Shown here one piece after another: positions 10,591 to 21,459 of a stretch of DNA of 64,000 nucleotides. The stretch is from the NCBI GenBank assembly GCA_048885535.1, contig JBHLLO010000001.1:32001-96000 (forward strand), given 5' to 3'. The position numbers and the translations under genes are program-made. Numbering within the stretch: the first letter of the stretch is position 1; each line of letters begins with the position of its first letter. A model generated the notes under the pieces. That model was not told the origin of the DNA. It saw nothing but the letters and a program-made list of their open reading frames with translations, and did no database searches. This DNA is from Candidatus Hermodarchaeota archaeon. Its GTDB lineage: Archaea > Asgardarchaeota > Lokiarchaeia > Sigyniarchaeales > SOKP01.

Positions 10591-10727
10591 AAGAATAGGT
10601 TTTTGAATAATAATCTAACCTCTATGTTGTAAAATTGCTAGAAGTAAGTTATTTTGTTTAATTTTAGGTAAATCAGCTTACTAATACTCAAAATTAATAT
10701 TAAATTAGAAAAAATAATTTATATTTA

Positions 10728-11216
10728 TTACTTTTTCAAAATTTCATTGGACGCATATACAGCAAGAATTTCCCCGAAAAATAAATGATGACTTGCTATA
10801 TTACCTGATTTGCATGAATGAAGTATCCTACATTCATAATTTAATATACAATTTTTTATTGTTGGAACTTTTACCATACTTCCTTCTATTAATTCTAATC
10901 CTGCTTTTTTGAATTTATCAACATTCCTACCAGAATATGAACCAGTTATATTAATTGCATTTTCAATTTTTACAGAAGGAATATTCACAGTAAATTCATG
11001 CCTTCCTTCAGTCAGCAATTTAAAAGTGTAACGCGATGGAGATACCGCAACAGTTATAATCGGTATTCCCCATAGTTCTCCAATAGTTTTCCATAATAAT
11101 GCCATAACATTTGCTTTTCCTTCTTTACTCATTGACACAAGAAGAGCAGCTTTGGACATAAAATAATTCATATATTCATATGGAGAAATTTCATACCTTT
11201 CTGACATTTTAATCAA
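10728..11216 (-). CDS. Flavin reductase-like (flavoredoxin) protein
   Basis: ANVM, RYT, EFTVNIP, GSYSGRNVDKF, YECR, HHLFFGEI. Confidence 0.85.
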   Translation of the reverse strand: MIKMSERYEISPYEYMNYFMSKAALLVSMSKEGKANVMALLWKTIGELWGIPIITVAVSPSRYTFKLLTEGRHEFTVNIPSVKIENAINITGSYSGRNVDKFKKAGLELIEGSMVKVPTIKNCILNYECRILHSCKSGNIASHHLFFGEILAVYASNEILKK

Positions 11217-11243
11217 CTCACTTAGAATTCGAAATAAATTTTC

Positions 11244-11483
11244 TTATGGTTCAAAAGGTTCATCATGGATAACTTTATCAATAGCATCCATGCAAGCATC
11301 TTCCCAATCACCATTAGGGTTAACATTTCTACAACAATCCGGACACCAATCATCTGAATAACCAGGATCCCAGTCCTCCTCTTCTAAATCTCCATTTAAC
11401 ATGCTCCCACAGTAAAAGCAAACACGCTCATCATATCTATCTAAAATTTCAGAAATTAATTTTATTTTTTTTTTAGAATTCAT
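11244..11483 (-). CDS. Small acidic Cys-rich (putative zinc-binding) hypothetical protein
   Basis: CFYC and CPDCC pairs in 79 aa. Confidence 0.65.
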   Translation of the reverse strand: MNSKKKIKLISEILDRYDERVCFYCGSMLNGDLEEEDWDPGYSDDWCPDCCRNVNPNGDWEDACMDAIDKVIHDEPFEP

Positions 11484-11562
11484 CTTCTTTTCAACTTACT
11501 AAAATAATTATAATCTTATAATTATTAGATTATAAATTAATAAAAAAAAGGAATTATCGTCC

Positions 11563-12597
11563 TTATTTGATTAAACCACTTGTTTCAATTAACAATTTTT
11601 CAGCCTTTTTCATAATATTATCAATTATATCTTTTACACTATCTATTGAATTTATAAGTCCAATGCTTTGACCCAGAAGAACTGCTCCCTGCTTGATATC
11701 ACCATCATAAACCATCTCATAGTGTTTTTGATCCTCCATGGCCTTTTCTGCTGTTAACTCTACTTCTAAAGCTAGTTTTTCCTCTTTACTTGACACTGGT
11801 TTATGCGAAAGAGCATATTGGTTTCGCCATAACCTAATTGGTCCGAGAACACCTAAACAATAAGCAGTATCACTTGCTTTAGCAGGTGGTATAACATTCT
11901 TATAATTATCATGAAATTCACTATCCTTAGAAGCAATAAAACGTGAGCCCATTGCTATTGCTCCAGCTCCCATTGCTAAAGCTCCAGTTAATCCTTCACC
12001 AGTAGCAAAACCTCCACATGCAATTAATGGTATTTGAGGATACTTTTCTTTAATTTGCTGTAGCAGTACTAGTGTGCTTACTTTTTCATAAGATTGGTGA
12101 CCTCCTCCTTCCCACCCAGTAGCAACTATCCCATCTACTCCCGCATTAATACATTTATCTGCCAGCCATAATGCAGGAGCTACATGAAAGTGTTTTATTT
12201 GAGAACCGCTTTCTTTTAATTTCTGAAATGAATTATTATGAATCATTTTTGGTGTTCCAGCACTAGTTACTACATATATGCATTGTTCTCGCAGTTTTGG
12301 ATTATTCCTTATAAACTTAAGAATCACACGGCATAATGTTGGCGCATCAACTTGTAATCTAGCAGTTCTTATGTTAAATCCAAAAGGTTTATCTGTGTGT
12401 TCAATTACATATTCCATATTTTCTTTCATTTCTTGGACACTGCTTTTTCCAAAAAGATTGGTATGACTTAACACTCCTAAACCGCCTGCTTCAGAAACCG
12501 CAACTGTCAGTTCAGTTGTATAAAAAGGACCCATAGGAGCTGCTATAATTGGATACTTAATCCCAAACATTTTTGTTATATTTGTTTCAATTACCAC
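11563..12597 (-). CDS. Nitronate monooxygenase / FabK-like FMN-dependent enoyl reductase
   Basis: PIIAAPM, VSEAGGLG, GWEGGGH, ACGGF, MGSRF. Confidence 0.85.
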   Translation of the reverse strand: MVIETNITKMFGIKYPIIAAPMGPFYTTELTVAVSEAGGLGVLSHTNLFGKSSVQEMKENMEYVIEHTDKPFGFNIRTARLQVDAPTLCRVILKFIRNNPKLREQCIYVVTSAGTPKMIHNNSFQKLKESGSQIKHFHVAPALWLADKCINAGVDGIVATGWEGGGHQSYEKVSTLVLLQQIKEKYPQIPLIACGGFATGEGLTGALAMGAGAIAMGSRFIASKDSEFHDNYKNVIPPAKASDTAYCLGVLGPIRLWRNQYALSHKPVSSKEEKLALEVELTAEKAMEDQKHYEMVYDGDIKQGAVLLGQSIGLINSIDSVKDIIDNIMKKAEKLLIETSGLIK

Positions 12598-12795
12598 ATT
12601 TCTTACCTAATTTAGCCTTTTTTAATTAATTATATAATTAAATGTAGTAGAATATAAATCTTTAATAGAATAAAATCTGTCAAGTAGAATAAAATAACCT
12701 AATTCAAAAATATTGAAATATGACTATATCTTAAAATCATATGATAACTTTATTAAAAATTATCAAAATTAAAATCAGTAAAAAATTTATTTCGG

Positions 12796-13212
12796 GTGAA
12801 ATTTATGGGAAAGGCTGGACCAATTGTTGGTTTAGTTGGCGGGACTCTGATGCTGGTTGCTGCTGTCATTCAAATTCAATACAACCTAACATATATGTTA
12901 ATGGGATCTCCTATTTCTAGACCATTAATACCAACAATTATAAGCATAATAATAACAGTAGTTTGGGCTTCTCTTGGAATATCAGGAGCGTTTCTTGGCT
13001 TGCGAGATAAAAAATTGGGTAATGTTTTAATGATAATTGCTGGTGCAGGAAGTCTCGTTGGAGGATTTACTCCAATTAGTATATTTACAATAGATACTTA
13101 TTATAGAGGTTTTATTTTTCTTAATGCTACATTGATGTCTATTGATCCAATATTAATGTTAATTGGAGGTATCTTATCAATAGCTTTATGGCCAAAACCA
13201 GAAAGGCATTAA
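12796..13212 (+). CDS. Hypothetical membrane protein (about 4 TM)
   Basis: Hydrophobic Gly-rich helices. Confidence 0.7.
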   Translation: MKFMGKAGPIVGLVGGTLMLVAAVIQIQYNLTYMLMGSPISRPLIPTIISIIITVVWASLGISGAFLGLRDKKLGNVLMIIAGAGSLVGGFTPISIFTIDTYYRGFIFLNATLMSIDPILMLIGGILSIALWPKPERH

Positions 13213-13390
13213 AAGAACCCAAATATACTATTAAGGTATACGACAATAATCATAGCAGCTATTATTTAAATGGTTGTTGAAAATATTAATACTAATTTGT
13301 ATTTTTTTGAAAAAAATTTACTACATATTTTTAATGTTATCAGAGCTTATTTCTTAATAATCTTCTAATATTTAATTTTATTAAATCCTC

Positions 13391-14347
13391 ATGTGTCCAG
13401 ATATAATAAGTCTAGGGGAATTATTAGTTGAAATTATGCGAGAACAAGTTGATATTCATCATGGAGAAATTGGGTCCAACTATAAAGGACCATACCCTAG
13501 TGGTGCACCTGCGATTTTTATTGATTCAGCTGCTCGTATGTCTAAGCCATTCAATTTATCAACTGGATTTTTCGGTGCTATAGGAAATGATGAGTTTGGA
13601 GAGTGTATTATTAATAAACTTAAATTTGATGGAGTAGATATTTCACAAATTAGGATTTTGGATAATAAAACAACAGGGATAGCATTTAATCAATATAATT
13701 CAGATGGGTCTCGCAAGTTTATATTTGCGGGTGGTGCGGCTGGTAATATTTTTCCAGAAAATATTAATGAAAAATACTTCCAAAATGTAAAATCTTTGCA
13801 TATTATGGGTAGCGCCCTTTCGATTAGTAAGTCTTCGAGAGATTCATGCTATAAAGCGATATCAGTGGCCAAAGAAGCGAATCCGAATCTTGTTATTTCA
13901 TTCGATCCGAATTTGCGTCCGGAAATGCTAGATCTGGAAAAAATATTAGAGATATGTAACCCTGTATTAAAGGATACATTAATTTTAATGCCTAGTGATA
14001 AGGAAGCCGAAATGTTGGCAGGAGTAGTTGGTGCCAGTGATGCATGTAGAAAATTATTACAGAAAGGCCCTGAAATTATAATATTGAAATTAAGAGAAGC
14101 AGGTTGCATAATCTTTACTCGCAAGAATCAAGAAGGAATAAAGGTTCCCGGTTTTAAAGTTAAAGAAGTAGATCCTACTGGTGCAGGAGATTCATTTGGA
14201 GGAGCATTTATTGTAGGATATCTTGCAGGATGGAATTTAACTAAGTCAGCACAATTTGCTAACGCTGTAGGTGCGCTTAAAGTTCAAAGTTTTGGTCCTA
14301 TGCCAGATACAACATATGAAGATGTTATACTCTTTATGAGACGCTAG
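13391..14347 (+). CDS. PfkB-family sugar kinase
   Basis: SGAPAIF, FDPNLRPE, DPTGAGDSFGG signature. Confidence 0.9.
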   Translation: MCPDIISLGELLVEIMREQVDIHHGEIGSNYKGPYPSGAPAIFIDSAARMSKPFNLSTGFFGAIGNDEFGECIINKLKFDGVDISQIRILDNKTTGIAFNQYNSDGSRKFIFAGGAAGNIFPENINEKYFQNVKSLHIMGSALSISKSSRDSCYKAISVAKEANPNLVISFDPNLRPEMLDLEKILEICNPVLKDTLILMPSDKEAEMLAGVVGASDACRKLLQKGPEIIILKLREAGCIIFTRKNQEGIKVPGFKVKEVDPTGAGDSFGGAFIVGYLAGWNLTKSAQFANAVGALKVQSFGPMPDTTYEDVILFMRR

Positions 14348-16340
14348 GACCTTTTAAATGCAAAGAAAAAACCTTTACTTGCTCAATTTGATCATTTTTG
14401 ATTGAATATAATCTAAACCCAGGTGGTTTATACTTATAAAGATTGGAGATTGGACCCATCGCTTGAACTTGAAATATAAATGGTTTATTAACATCAAACC
14501 AAATTTTTAAATCAGAAGGACTAACATATGATTTAAATTGTTCTCGATAAATTGATGTATATACCTCACAAGGAACCTCAATATAAATTGGAAAAAACCA
14601 AAAACCAAAATTTATACGTTCAGTTTTGCGCGCTTCTTTCAATCGGTATTCTTTTAATGTATGAGTGTGGCCACATAAAATCAAGTCTACTTTTCTTCTT
14701 ATCTCTTTGTCAGAACCAGTCACGATTCTTAATAGAGTTGCCCAATTATACATTATTGTTTCATATTTTAAATTTAAAACAGTATCTAATCTACCAGTAT
14801 TATTTATTTTTTTTAAATTATCCTCATGGAAATCTGACCATTCTATTTCTCTTTTCTCAATACCAAATTTCTTTTTGTATTTTCTTATTTTTCTAGAGTT
14901 TAAATTAGGAGAGATTGGTGGAGTATGCATGACTATAATAATTTTTCGATCATGAGACAATTTAATATATGCCCGAAGTAAATCTACTTGTTCATCTTTT
15001 ATTCCTTTAGTACTTGGTCCTCCTGTTAATAAATCATGAAGATCTGCGATTGAGTCTTCCCCAGTATCAAGAAAAATGAAATTGTAATTCTCTCCAATTT
15101 TTAAATTATAGTTAAGGTTTGGATTAAAATATCTAAAATAATCCTTTATGTATTTCACATGGGATTTAAGTGCTGTGAAATAATTAAAAAATTTAGTATC
15201 ATAATAACCTTTTATGTCATGATTAGTTAAACCGAATATTTTATGAATTTGACCAAATCTTAAGCCATAGTGCTCCTTTCGATAATCATGATTTCCAATA
15301 GTAGTAAAAATGGGTACAATAATCTCTTTTTTATTTATAAATTCTGAATCTTTACCCAATTGAGGCGGTTTTTCTAAGCCTCTATTTAATCCAAGTAAAA
15401 TGTCAATTAGAACGTAAAAGTTATTCTCATACTGATAATTTCCCTTAGCGATATTCAGATAATCAATTAAATCTCCTGTCATTAAAATAAAATCTAATTT
15501 ATTCTGTTTTGCTCTCTCATTCACAAAATCTATAAATAATCTTAAATTATAATTAAAATTATATTTTGCATATCTTAGTTCTTCATATTTGGCTATCTGG
15601 AAATTTTCCTTATATTCAAAATCTCGTGTTAGAACGAAATCATCAATTTTCTTTAGTTTTTTCTCTTTCTGTTCATAGTACTTCATTTGTGCTTTTACTT
15701 TTTCCTTGATAAAATTTAATATAAAATCGTTTCTTCTAGCAACATGAAAATCTGAAGCATGAATAAATTCAAAATTGTCCCAATCTTTATTATAAATTGC
15801 TATACTATGGAAATTTATCTTATTATCAGTTCTATTTGGAATATCATGCACTAAATCGAATAATAAAAAATTTCTACCTAATTCACTTAGTAATTTTTCA
15901 ATTTTTTTAACTATCGGCAACTCAATTTTAAAATTTATTTCATATAATTCAGTCCTTTTTCCAAATACATTTTCTAATTGTAAAGCAGAGTTATATAAAT
16001 CCCAAATAATACAATTTTTATCTTCTAATATTGTTTGATCCTTAAAATCAAGTTTTTCAATTTTTGAAATTTCAATCAAAGAAATTGGAAACAGCTCTCC
16101 CCTTCTTTGCTGAAATTCTCCCTCCTCTTTCAAGATAGGCTGAATATATATATTTAAATGGAAATACTCAAGAATTCTTTTGAGAGAATGGGATTGATTG
16201 GCTAAGATTAAGGTGTTGAACATAACTGGTTTATGATATTCTTCTAACCTATCCTTAAAATCTTTTAAATTAAGTAAAATAGGCTGTCCTAAATTTGGTT
16301 TTAATATTATTGGAAAACTTCCTACTGATAAATCCAACAT
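14334..16340 (-). CDS. Calcineurin-like metallophosphoesterase with long N-terminal extension
   Basis: SDFH, TGDLID, GNHD, MHTPP, GHTH motifs. Confidence 0.8.
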   Translation of the reverse strand: MLDLSVGSFPIILKPNLGQPILLNLKDFKDRLEEYHKPVMFNTLILANQSHSLKRILEYFHLNIYIQPILKEEGEFQQRRGELFPISLIEISKIEKLDFKDQTILEDKNCIIWDLYNSALQLENVFGKRTELYEINFKIELPIVKKIEKLLSELGRNFLLFDLVHDIPNRTDNKINFHSIAIYNKDWDNFEFIHASDFHVARRNDFILNFIKEKVKAQMKYYEQKEKKLKKIDDFVLTRDFEYKENFQIAKYEELRYAKYNFNYNLRLFIDFVNERAKQNKLDFILMTGDLIDYLNIAKGNYQYENNFYVLIDILLGLNRGLEKPPQLGKDSEFINKKEIIVPIFTTIGNHDYRKEHYGLRFGQIHKIFGLTNHDIKGYYDTKFFNYFTALKSHVKYIKDYFRYFNPNLNYNLKIGENYNFIFLDTGEDSIADLHDLLTGGPSTKGIKDEQVDLLRAYIKLSHDRKIIIVMHTPPISPNLNSRKIRKYKKKFGIEKREIEWSDFHEDNLKKINNTGRLDTVLNLKYETIMYNWATLLRIVTGSDKEIRRKVDLILCGHTHTLKEYRLKEARKTERINFGFWFFPIYIEVPCEVYTSIYREQFKSYVSPSDLKIWFDVNKPFIFQVQAMGPISNLYKYKPPGFRLYSIKNDQIEQVKVFSLHLKGPSVS

Positions 16341-16698
16341 GTCTAGAGTAGCTCTAAATTAAATTGTCATTCTTTATAATAATTATTTGATTTTTGTTCA
16401 TAATTAATTTTTTTAATATTTTCTTTTCTTTTGATTTTAAATGATATATAAATTTATCTATCTAGGTCTGTAATTTCTAATCAAAAAATTAAATATGGTT
16501 AAATTTTAAATAGATAAAAATTGTATATTTTATAAGCGTCTTAATTTAGATGTCGAAAATGCAAAATTATTTAATTAAAAGCCTATTTGACCAAATAGAA
16601 ATTTGTTTTTCATATTTAAATAAGAATTAAATTTTAAATTACAATTTCTACTTTTATCTTAATAACGATAATAAAATCTAATAATCAAAATTCGCACT

Positions 16699-18192
16699 AT
16701 GACAGATGAACTAAGAGAAGAAGATAAGGAAAATAAGACTGAAAGTAAATCTGAAAAAGATGATGACAGGGTAGATAAAGAATTCCTAAGTAAAGCAAAA
16801 GAGTCAAGAGATTTAATAGACAAAAAATTGAGGACCTTTGAAGACAGTATTGAAGATATATCTGACACAATCAAAAATAATGATACTTTAGAGGAACAGA
16901 AGGAAAAAGAAGAAATTCGAACTGAAGAATTAAGCGAAGAAATAAAGAAAGAACAAGAAAAACTTGACTCTATAAAGAAAAAAGTTGATGATAAAGAGGA
17001 ATACCTTACTGCTCTTGAAGAAACTATAAAAGAGTTAACAGAACGATATAATAGAAAAAATGAAGAAATGCAGAACCTGGAGGAAAGACTAAAGATTATT
17101 CAAGAAAGTAAAGAAAACCTTGAAGAAGAATATAAAGAACTTATAAAAAACAATGAGCAGCTAATAAAAACCTATGAAACTCGACAAGTGGATCTAATTG
17201 TACTAACAGATAGTGTAAAAGAAAAAGTTACAACTCAAGATGAATTGAGAAACAAAATCTCTAAGATTAATCAAGAAGTTCAAGAAAAGGAAGAAATTCT
17301 GCAAAAACAAAAAGAGGAAGCAGAAGCTTTAGAAAAAAAAATTAAAAGCTTAAGCGCGGAAAATGAGACCTTAAAGGTTTCAATTGGTAAAAATAGATTT
17401 GAATTAGACCACACAAATAAAGAAATTGAAGCAAAAGAGGAGGAGAAGAAGCTTTTAACAGAACAATTAGAGAAAAGAGAACAACGAATAAAAACAATTG
17501 AACAACAAATTGAAGATTATAAACAAGGATTTCCAGAAATGGAGAAACAAAGACAAACATATGAAGAACTATTTGCTAAATACAAAGTTCAATTAACTGA
17601 AAAACAGCAGCAATTAATTGATTCTGAATCAAAAATTCAAGACTTGACTGAATCTATGGCTTCATTTGACGAACAAATATCAAAAAAGGAGGAGCTAATA
17701 GAAGCTAATGAAAAAAGGTTAGATGACTTAAAAAAGAATATTGATGCGACTAATACGGAATATATTGAACGAGAAGAAAGATTAAACTCACTTACTGAAA
17801 AATTAGATTTTATGCAAGCCGAGCACGATAAGTTAAGTAAAGCAAAAGAAGTTATAGAAAAAAGTACAAATGAATCTAAAGCTTTACTTCAAAAACTTAA
17901 GATTGAATTAGAAAATCAAGAAGAAGAAATAAGAGATAAGGAAAGTAGAATCCACAGATTAGAAACTCTTTCATTTATATATAGGCTCTCAAAATTCTTT
18001 GGGGGGATATTAATTGGAGTTGGGATCTTTTTTATTATTCTTGTGATAGGAGATATATTTAACTTTATTAATTTTGGGGATGTTCAGATTATAAACCTTG
18101 GAGATTTAAGTTTCGGGGTTGTAAGTTTATTACTATTTATAAGCGCTTTATTTTCGATAATCTCTGGAATTTTTCATCTAGAAAAGTCCTAG
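16699..18192 (+). CDS. Long coiled-coil protein with C-terminal two-TM membrane anchor
   Basis: ~420 aa E/K/Q-rich heptads followed by two hydrophobic helices. Confidence 0.8.
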   Translation: MTDELREEDKENKTESKSEKDDDRVDKEFLSKAKESRDLIDKKLRTFEDSIEDISDTIKNNDTLEEQKEKEEIRTEELSEEIKKEQEKLDSIKKKVDDKEEYLTALEETIKELTERYNRKNEEMQNLEERLKIIQESKENLEEEYKELIKNNEQLIKTYETRQVDLIVLTDSVKEKVTTQDELRNKISKINQEVQEKEEILQKQKEEAEALEKKIKSLSAENETLKVSIGKNRFELDHTNKEIEAKEEEKKLLTEQLEKREQRIKTIEQQIEDYKQGFPEMEKQRQTYEELFAKYKVQLTEKQQQLIDSESKIQDLTESMASFDEQISKKEELIEANEKRLDDLKKNIDATNTEYIEREERLNSLTEKLDFMQAEHDKLSKAKEVIEKSTNESKALLQKLKIELENQEEEIRDKESRIHRLETLSFIYRLSKFFGGILIGVGIFFIILVIGDIFNFINFGDVQIINLGDLSFGVVSLLLFISALFSIISGIFHLEKS

Positions 18193-18244
18193 ATTTAAAG
18201 CTTTTTAAAAAAATGTTCTAATTAATATTATTCATTGATAAAAA

Positions 18245-20116
18245 TTGAGTGATAGTAAAAAAGAAGAAGCCATACCAAAAAGAACCCTTAGCTTATCTAA
18301 AGGAATTATTTATGGTGTTGGTTGTGGAATAGGAGGATCAATATTCGTTCTTCTAGGTATAGGAATTGATACTGCCGGTCCTGGAATTTTAATAAGTATA
18401 ATTTTAGCTGGGATTCTTATCTTTTTTACTGGTCTTAATTATGCAGAGTTATCTACCAGTTTACCTATAGCAGGTGGTGCTTATAATTTTACAAAAGAAG
18501 GATTAGGAGGTTTTCTTGCATTTATAATTGGCTTTTTTTTATGGATAGCTAATACTGCAGCCTGCTCTTTTTCTGCCCAAACATTTGCTTTTGTAATTAA
18601 CGAAGTACTAAAGGCTAATAATATTGTAATGTCCACTCCTATCATAATCATTATAGGCATTTTACCAGTATTGTTAACAAGCTTAGTAATATTCAGGACT
18701 CAGAAAATTGCTGCTAGAGTTCTATTAATTTTTACGTTTATTCTTATAGGGATGTTTGGCTTTTTTATAATCTCAGCATTAATACTGCCATTATTTCAAA
18801 TATCAGACGGATACTCAAATTTTATATTTTCAGGTACTAGCATTTTTGGAATAATTTCAGCATTCTCTCTATTATTTATTTTATATACATCAATTACATC
18901 CAATTTAGCATATTTAAACGCAGACCTAAAGAATCCATCAAAAAATATTCCAAAAACAAACATATATGCCATAATAATAACTATTGGTATATATCTATCA
19001 ATAACATTGGCAGTTCTACTTAATCTAGAATCTGGATCTACTGATTTAAGAGGAACACCCGTCTTATTAGCCGAAATTTTAGAAAGTATAATGGGCCCAT
19101 TTGGATTTTATTTTATGGCTGCTGCAGCTTTACTATCTACACTTATAGCAATAAACGCTGCATTAGGGTCAGCAGTAAGCGTTATAGCTGCTTTAGCAAG
19201 AGATAGATATATTCCTAAAAAAATAAAAGCAATTAAAAAAAGACCTGATATGCCTGCTTTAGCTTTAATGATTACTGCTTTTCTAGCAATGGTTTTTACA
19301 ATATTTGCAGGAATAGGTTTAACAGCAGAAACTACAAACCTTATCTATTTCATCGCTTTAGCTTCTATTAATTATGCTGCTTTCAAACTAAGACGAAAAA
19401 GGAAAGAATTAGATCGCCCCTTTAAGGCCCCTTTCTTTCCATACCTTCAAATTCTACTATTTATTTGTTTTCTTACTTTTGCTGTCATATTTGGAATTGT
19501 TTTTTCAATTGGAGCTCTTATATTAGGTATAATTATTTCTATAATAGGTGTGACATATTACTTGTTAACAATTGCAGACAAACCATCAATTTCTTTAACC
19601 GTGGCTGGAATTAAGTTTATTATTGTACTCGGAGTTGGTTTTGTAATATGGATGGTAAACAATTTTTCTATTATAAATTCATTTACTGTCTTAATAAACC
19701 GAATTTTAATAGTAATATCCATCTTTACGATTATAACTGTAATTTTCGATCTTTTTCCTCTTCGTGAGGTAATTTATTACTTTATTAAAAAAGTGGATAA
19801 GAAAAAGGTTGCGATAAGATTTGGGGATGCCCAAATAATAGAATTAGGAAAAAGGAGGCTAAAAGTTATACATATAATAAATATAGTAATTATTTTCTTT
19901 CAATTTGTATCTGTAGTTTTAATTTTTTCTATTGTTTATCTATTGATAAATAATATATTGATTATTGAAGACATAAATCTAGGAACTATGGTGATCTCTC
20001 AAGAAGCAGGAAGTTTTTTCTTTGTTTCGATTTTGATTTTTTTTGGTATTATTCTATTTTTCAGTGGTGCTATATTATGGTATAGAGATAGAGAACTGAA
20101 GGGACTTGGAATTTAA
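18245..20116 (+). CDS. APC-family amino acid permease
   Basis: IGGSIF, YAELSTSLPIAGGAY, RPFKAPFFP; extra C-terminal TM helices. Confidence 0.85.
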   Translation: MSDSKKEEAIPKRTLSLSKGIIYGVGCGIGGSIFVLLGIGIDTAGPGILISIILAGILIFFTGLNYAELSTSLPIAGGAYNFTKEGLGGFLAFIIGFFLWIANTAACSFSAQTFAFVINEVLKANNIVMSTPIIIIIGILPVLLTSLVIFRTQKIAARVLLIFTFILIGMFGFFIISALILPLFQISDGYSNFIFSGTSIFGIISAFSLLFILYTSITSNLAYLNADLKNPSKNIPKTNIYAIIITIGIYLSITLAVLLNLESGSTDLRGTPVLLAEILESIMGPFGFYFMAAAALLSTLIAINAALGSAVSVIAALARDRYIPKKIKAIKKRPDMPALALMITAFLAMVFTIFAGIGLTAETTNLIYFIALASINYAAFKLRRKRKELDRPFKAPFFPYLQILLFICFLTFAVIFGIVFSIGALILGIIISIIGVTYYLLTIADKPSISLTVAGIKFIIVLGVGFVIWMVNNFSIINSFTVLINRILIVISIFTIITVIFDLFPLREVIYYFIKKVDKKKVAIRFGDAQIIELGKRRLKVIHIINIVIIFFQFVSVVLIFSIVYLLINNILIIEDINLGTMVISQEAGSFFFVSILIFFGIILFFSGAILWYRDRELKGLGI

Positions 20117-20124
20117 ATTAAATT

Positions 20125-20856
20125 TTGCCTGAAAAAATGGTAATTCCCAAAATTAATTTGCATGTTCATTCCACTTACTCCGATGGAAGAAATACTATTG
20201 AACAAATAGTTAAGAAAGCAATAGATTATGAATTAAAATATATAGCTATAACAGATCATTTCACAAATTCATGGAAAGCAAAGATAATTCCCAATTTAGA
20301 TTCTAAAGTTAAGATTGACAACTATTTAGAAGATATCTCAGAACAGCAACACTATCTAAAGCAAAAAAATACTAACTTAAGATTATTGAAAGGTATAGAA
20401 ATTGATATTAGTAGTTCAGAGAATTATATTCTAAACCTAATTGATCCTTATAAATTTGATATTCTGCTTTTTGAATATCTTGAAAACCCTGAAGGAATCG
20501 CATTCATAAAGAATGTAATTCTAAATTGGAATAAACTTTATAAATCTGAGAAAAAATTTCCTATCCTGGGTTTAGCTCATTTCGATCCATCGTTTTTTAT
20601 ATATGGCTCTCTGAATATCTTGATAAGTTTTTTAAAAGAATTTAATATCTATTTTGAATTTAATTCTAGCTATCCTCAATATTATTCTGTCAAATTCCGA
20701 GACTTTTTCGTTGAATTAGGTCGAAATAACATTATGGTAGCTATCGGATGTGATTCTCATAATTTAGTTAATCTAAATAATATCAAAGAACTTGTCAGTA
20801 CAATAAGAAATTATGGACTTATAAACAACTTATTTTCTCTAATTAATAAGCTTTAA
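20125..20856 (+). CDS. PHP-domain phosphoesterase
   Basis: NLHVHSTYSDG, ITDH, GIE, AH, GCDSH. Confidence 0.85.
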   Translation: MPEKMVIPKINLHVHSTYSDGRNTIEQIVKKAIDYELKYIAITDHFTNSWKAKIIPNLDSKVKIDNYLEDISEQQHYLKQKNTNLRLLKGIEIDISSSENYILNLIDPYKFDILLFEYLENPEGIAFIKNVILNWNKLYKSEKKFPILGLAHFDPSFFIYGSLNILISFLKEFNIYFEFNSSYPQYYSVKFRDFFVELGRNNIMVAIGCDSHNLVNLNNIKELVSTIRNYGLINNLFSLINKL

Positions 20857-20888
20857 ATTAAAGGGATTGAACTATAGAATAAAAAAGG

Positions 20889-21233
20889 TTATCTTCGGAT
20901 TCTATTTACATAATTCATATAATACCTAAAAGCTTTTTCAAATATAATATCAAGTAATTGTTCATTTTGATCTACTGGCTCGGTTATTATAGCCTTTAAC
21001 TTTCCTTTTGCTATATCAAAAATCTCTTTAGCAGCAATAAGATTTTCATTTAGAGGTAAATCCATTATCTCTGAAATAGTTTTCTTATTCTTAATCTGCC
21101 ATTGATTTAGTGCACGCCAAATCATTCCTCTCATGGCTAAAAGAGGAACATTCATCAGTTCGCATAAACCATTAGAAATGTCTCGAATGACTTTTAATTG
21201 AATAGGATCAACTTTTAGTTTAATATATTCCAT
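20889..21233 (-). CDS. Hypothetical protein
   Basis: 114-aa ORF with ATG start filling an intergenic gap. Confidence 0.65.
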   Translation of the reverse strand: MEYIKLKVDPIQLKVIRDISNGLCELMNVPLLAMRGMIWRALNQWQIKNKKTISEIMDLPLNENLIAAKEIFDIAKGKLKAIITEPVDQNEQLLDIIFEKAFRYYMNYVNRIRR

Positions 21234-21459
21234 TTCAGTATTTCTAAGAGCTGTATCATCAAAATTGACTAAAAAAGTAATACAAACCTCAACCCACTTG
21301 TTTTATTATTACTTCGCTAAAATAATATTTAAAAATTTAGGAATTTTTAAAACTAATTAGATATTAATTTTCAATCTATTTAAAATACTCTAGTTTAGTC
21401 AAAAGAATTAAAAAAAAAATAAAAATATCTTTTTATTAATTCATCCTTAATTTATATAT

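Noticed and set aside
16699-18192. SMC/Rad50 call for the coiled-coil proteins (also 56711-57748)
   Set aside because: No Walker A/B, signature motif, hinge or zinc hook
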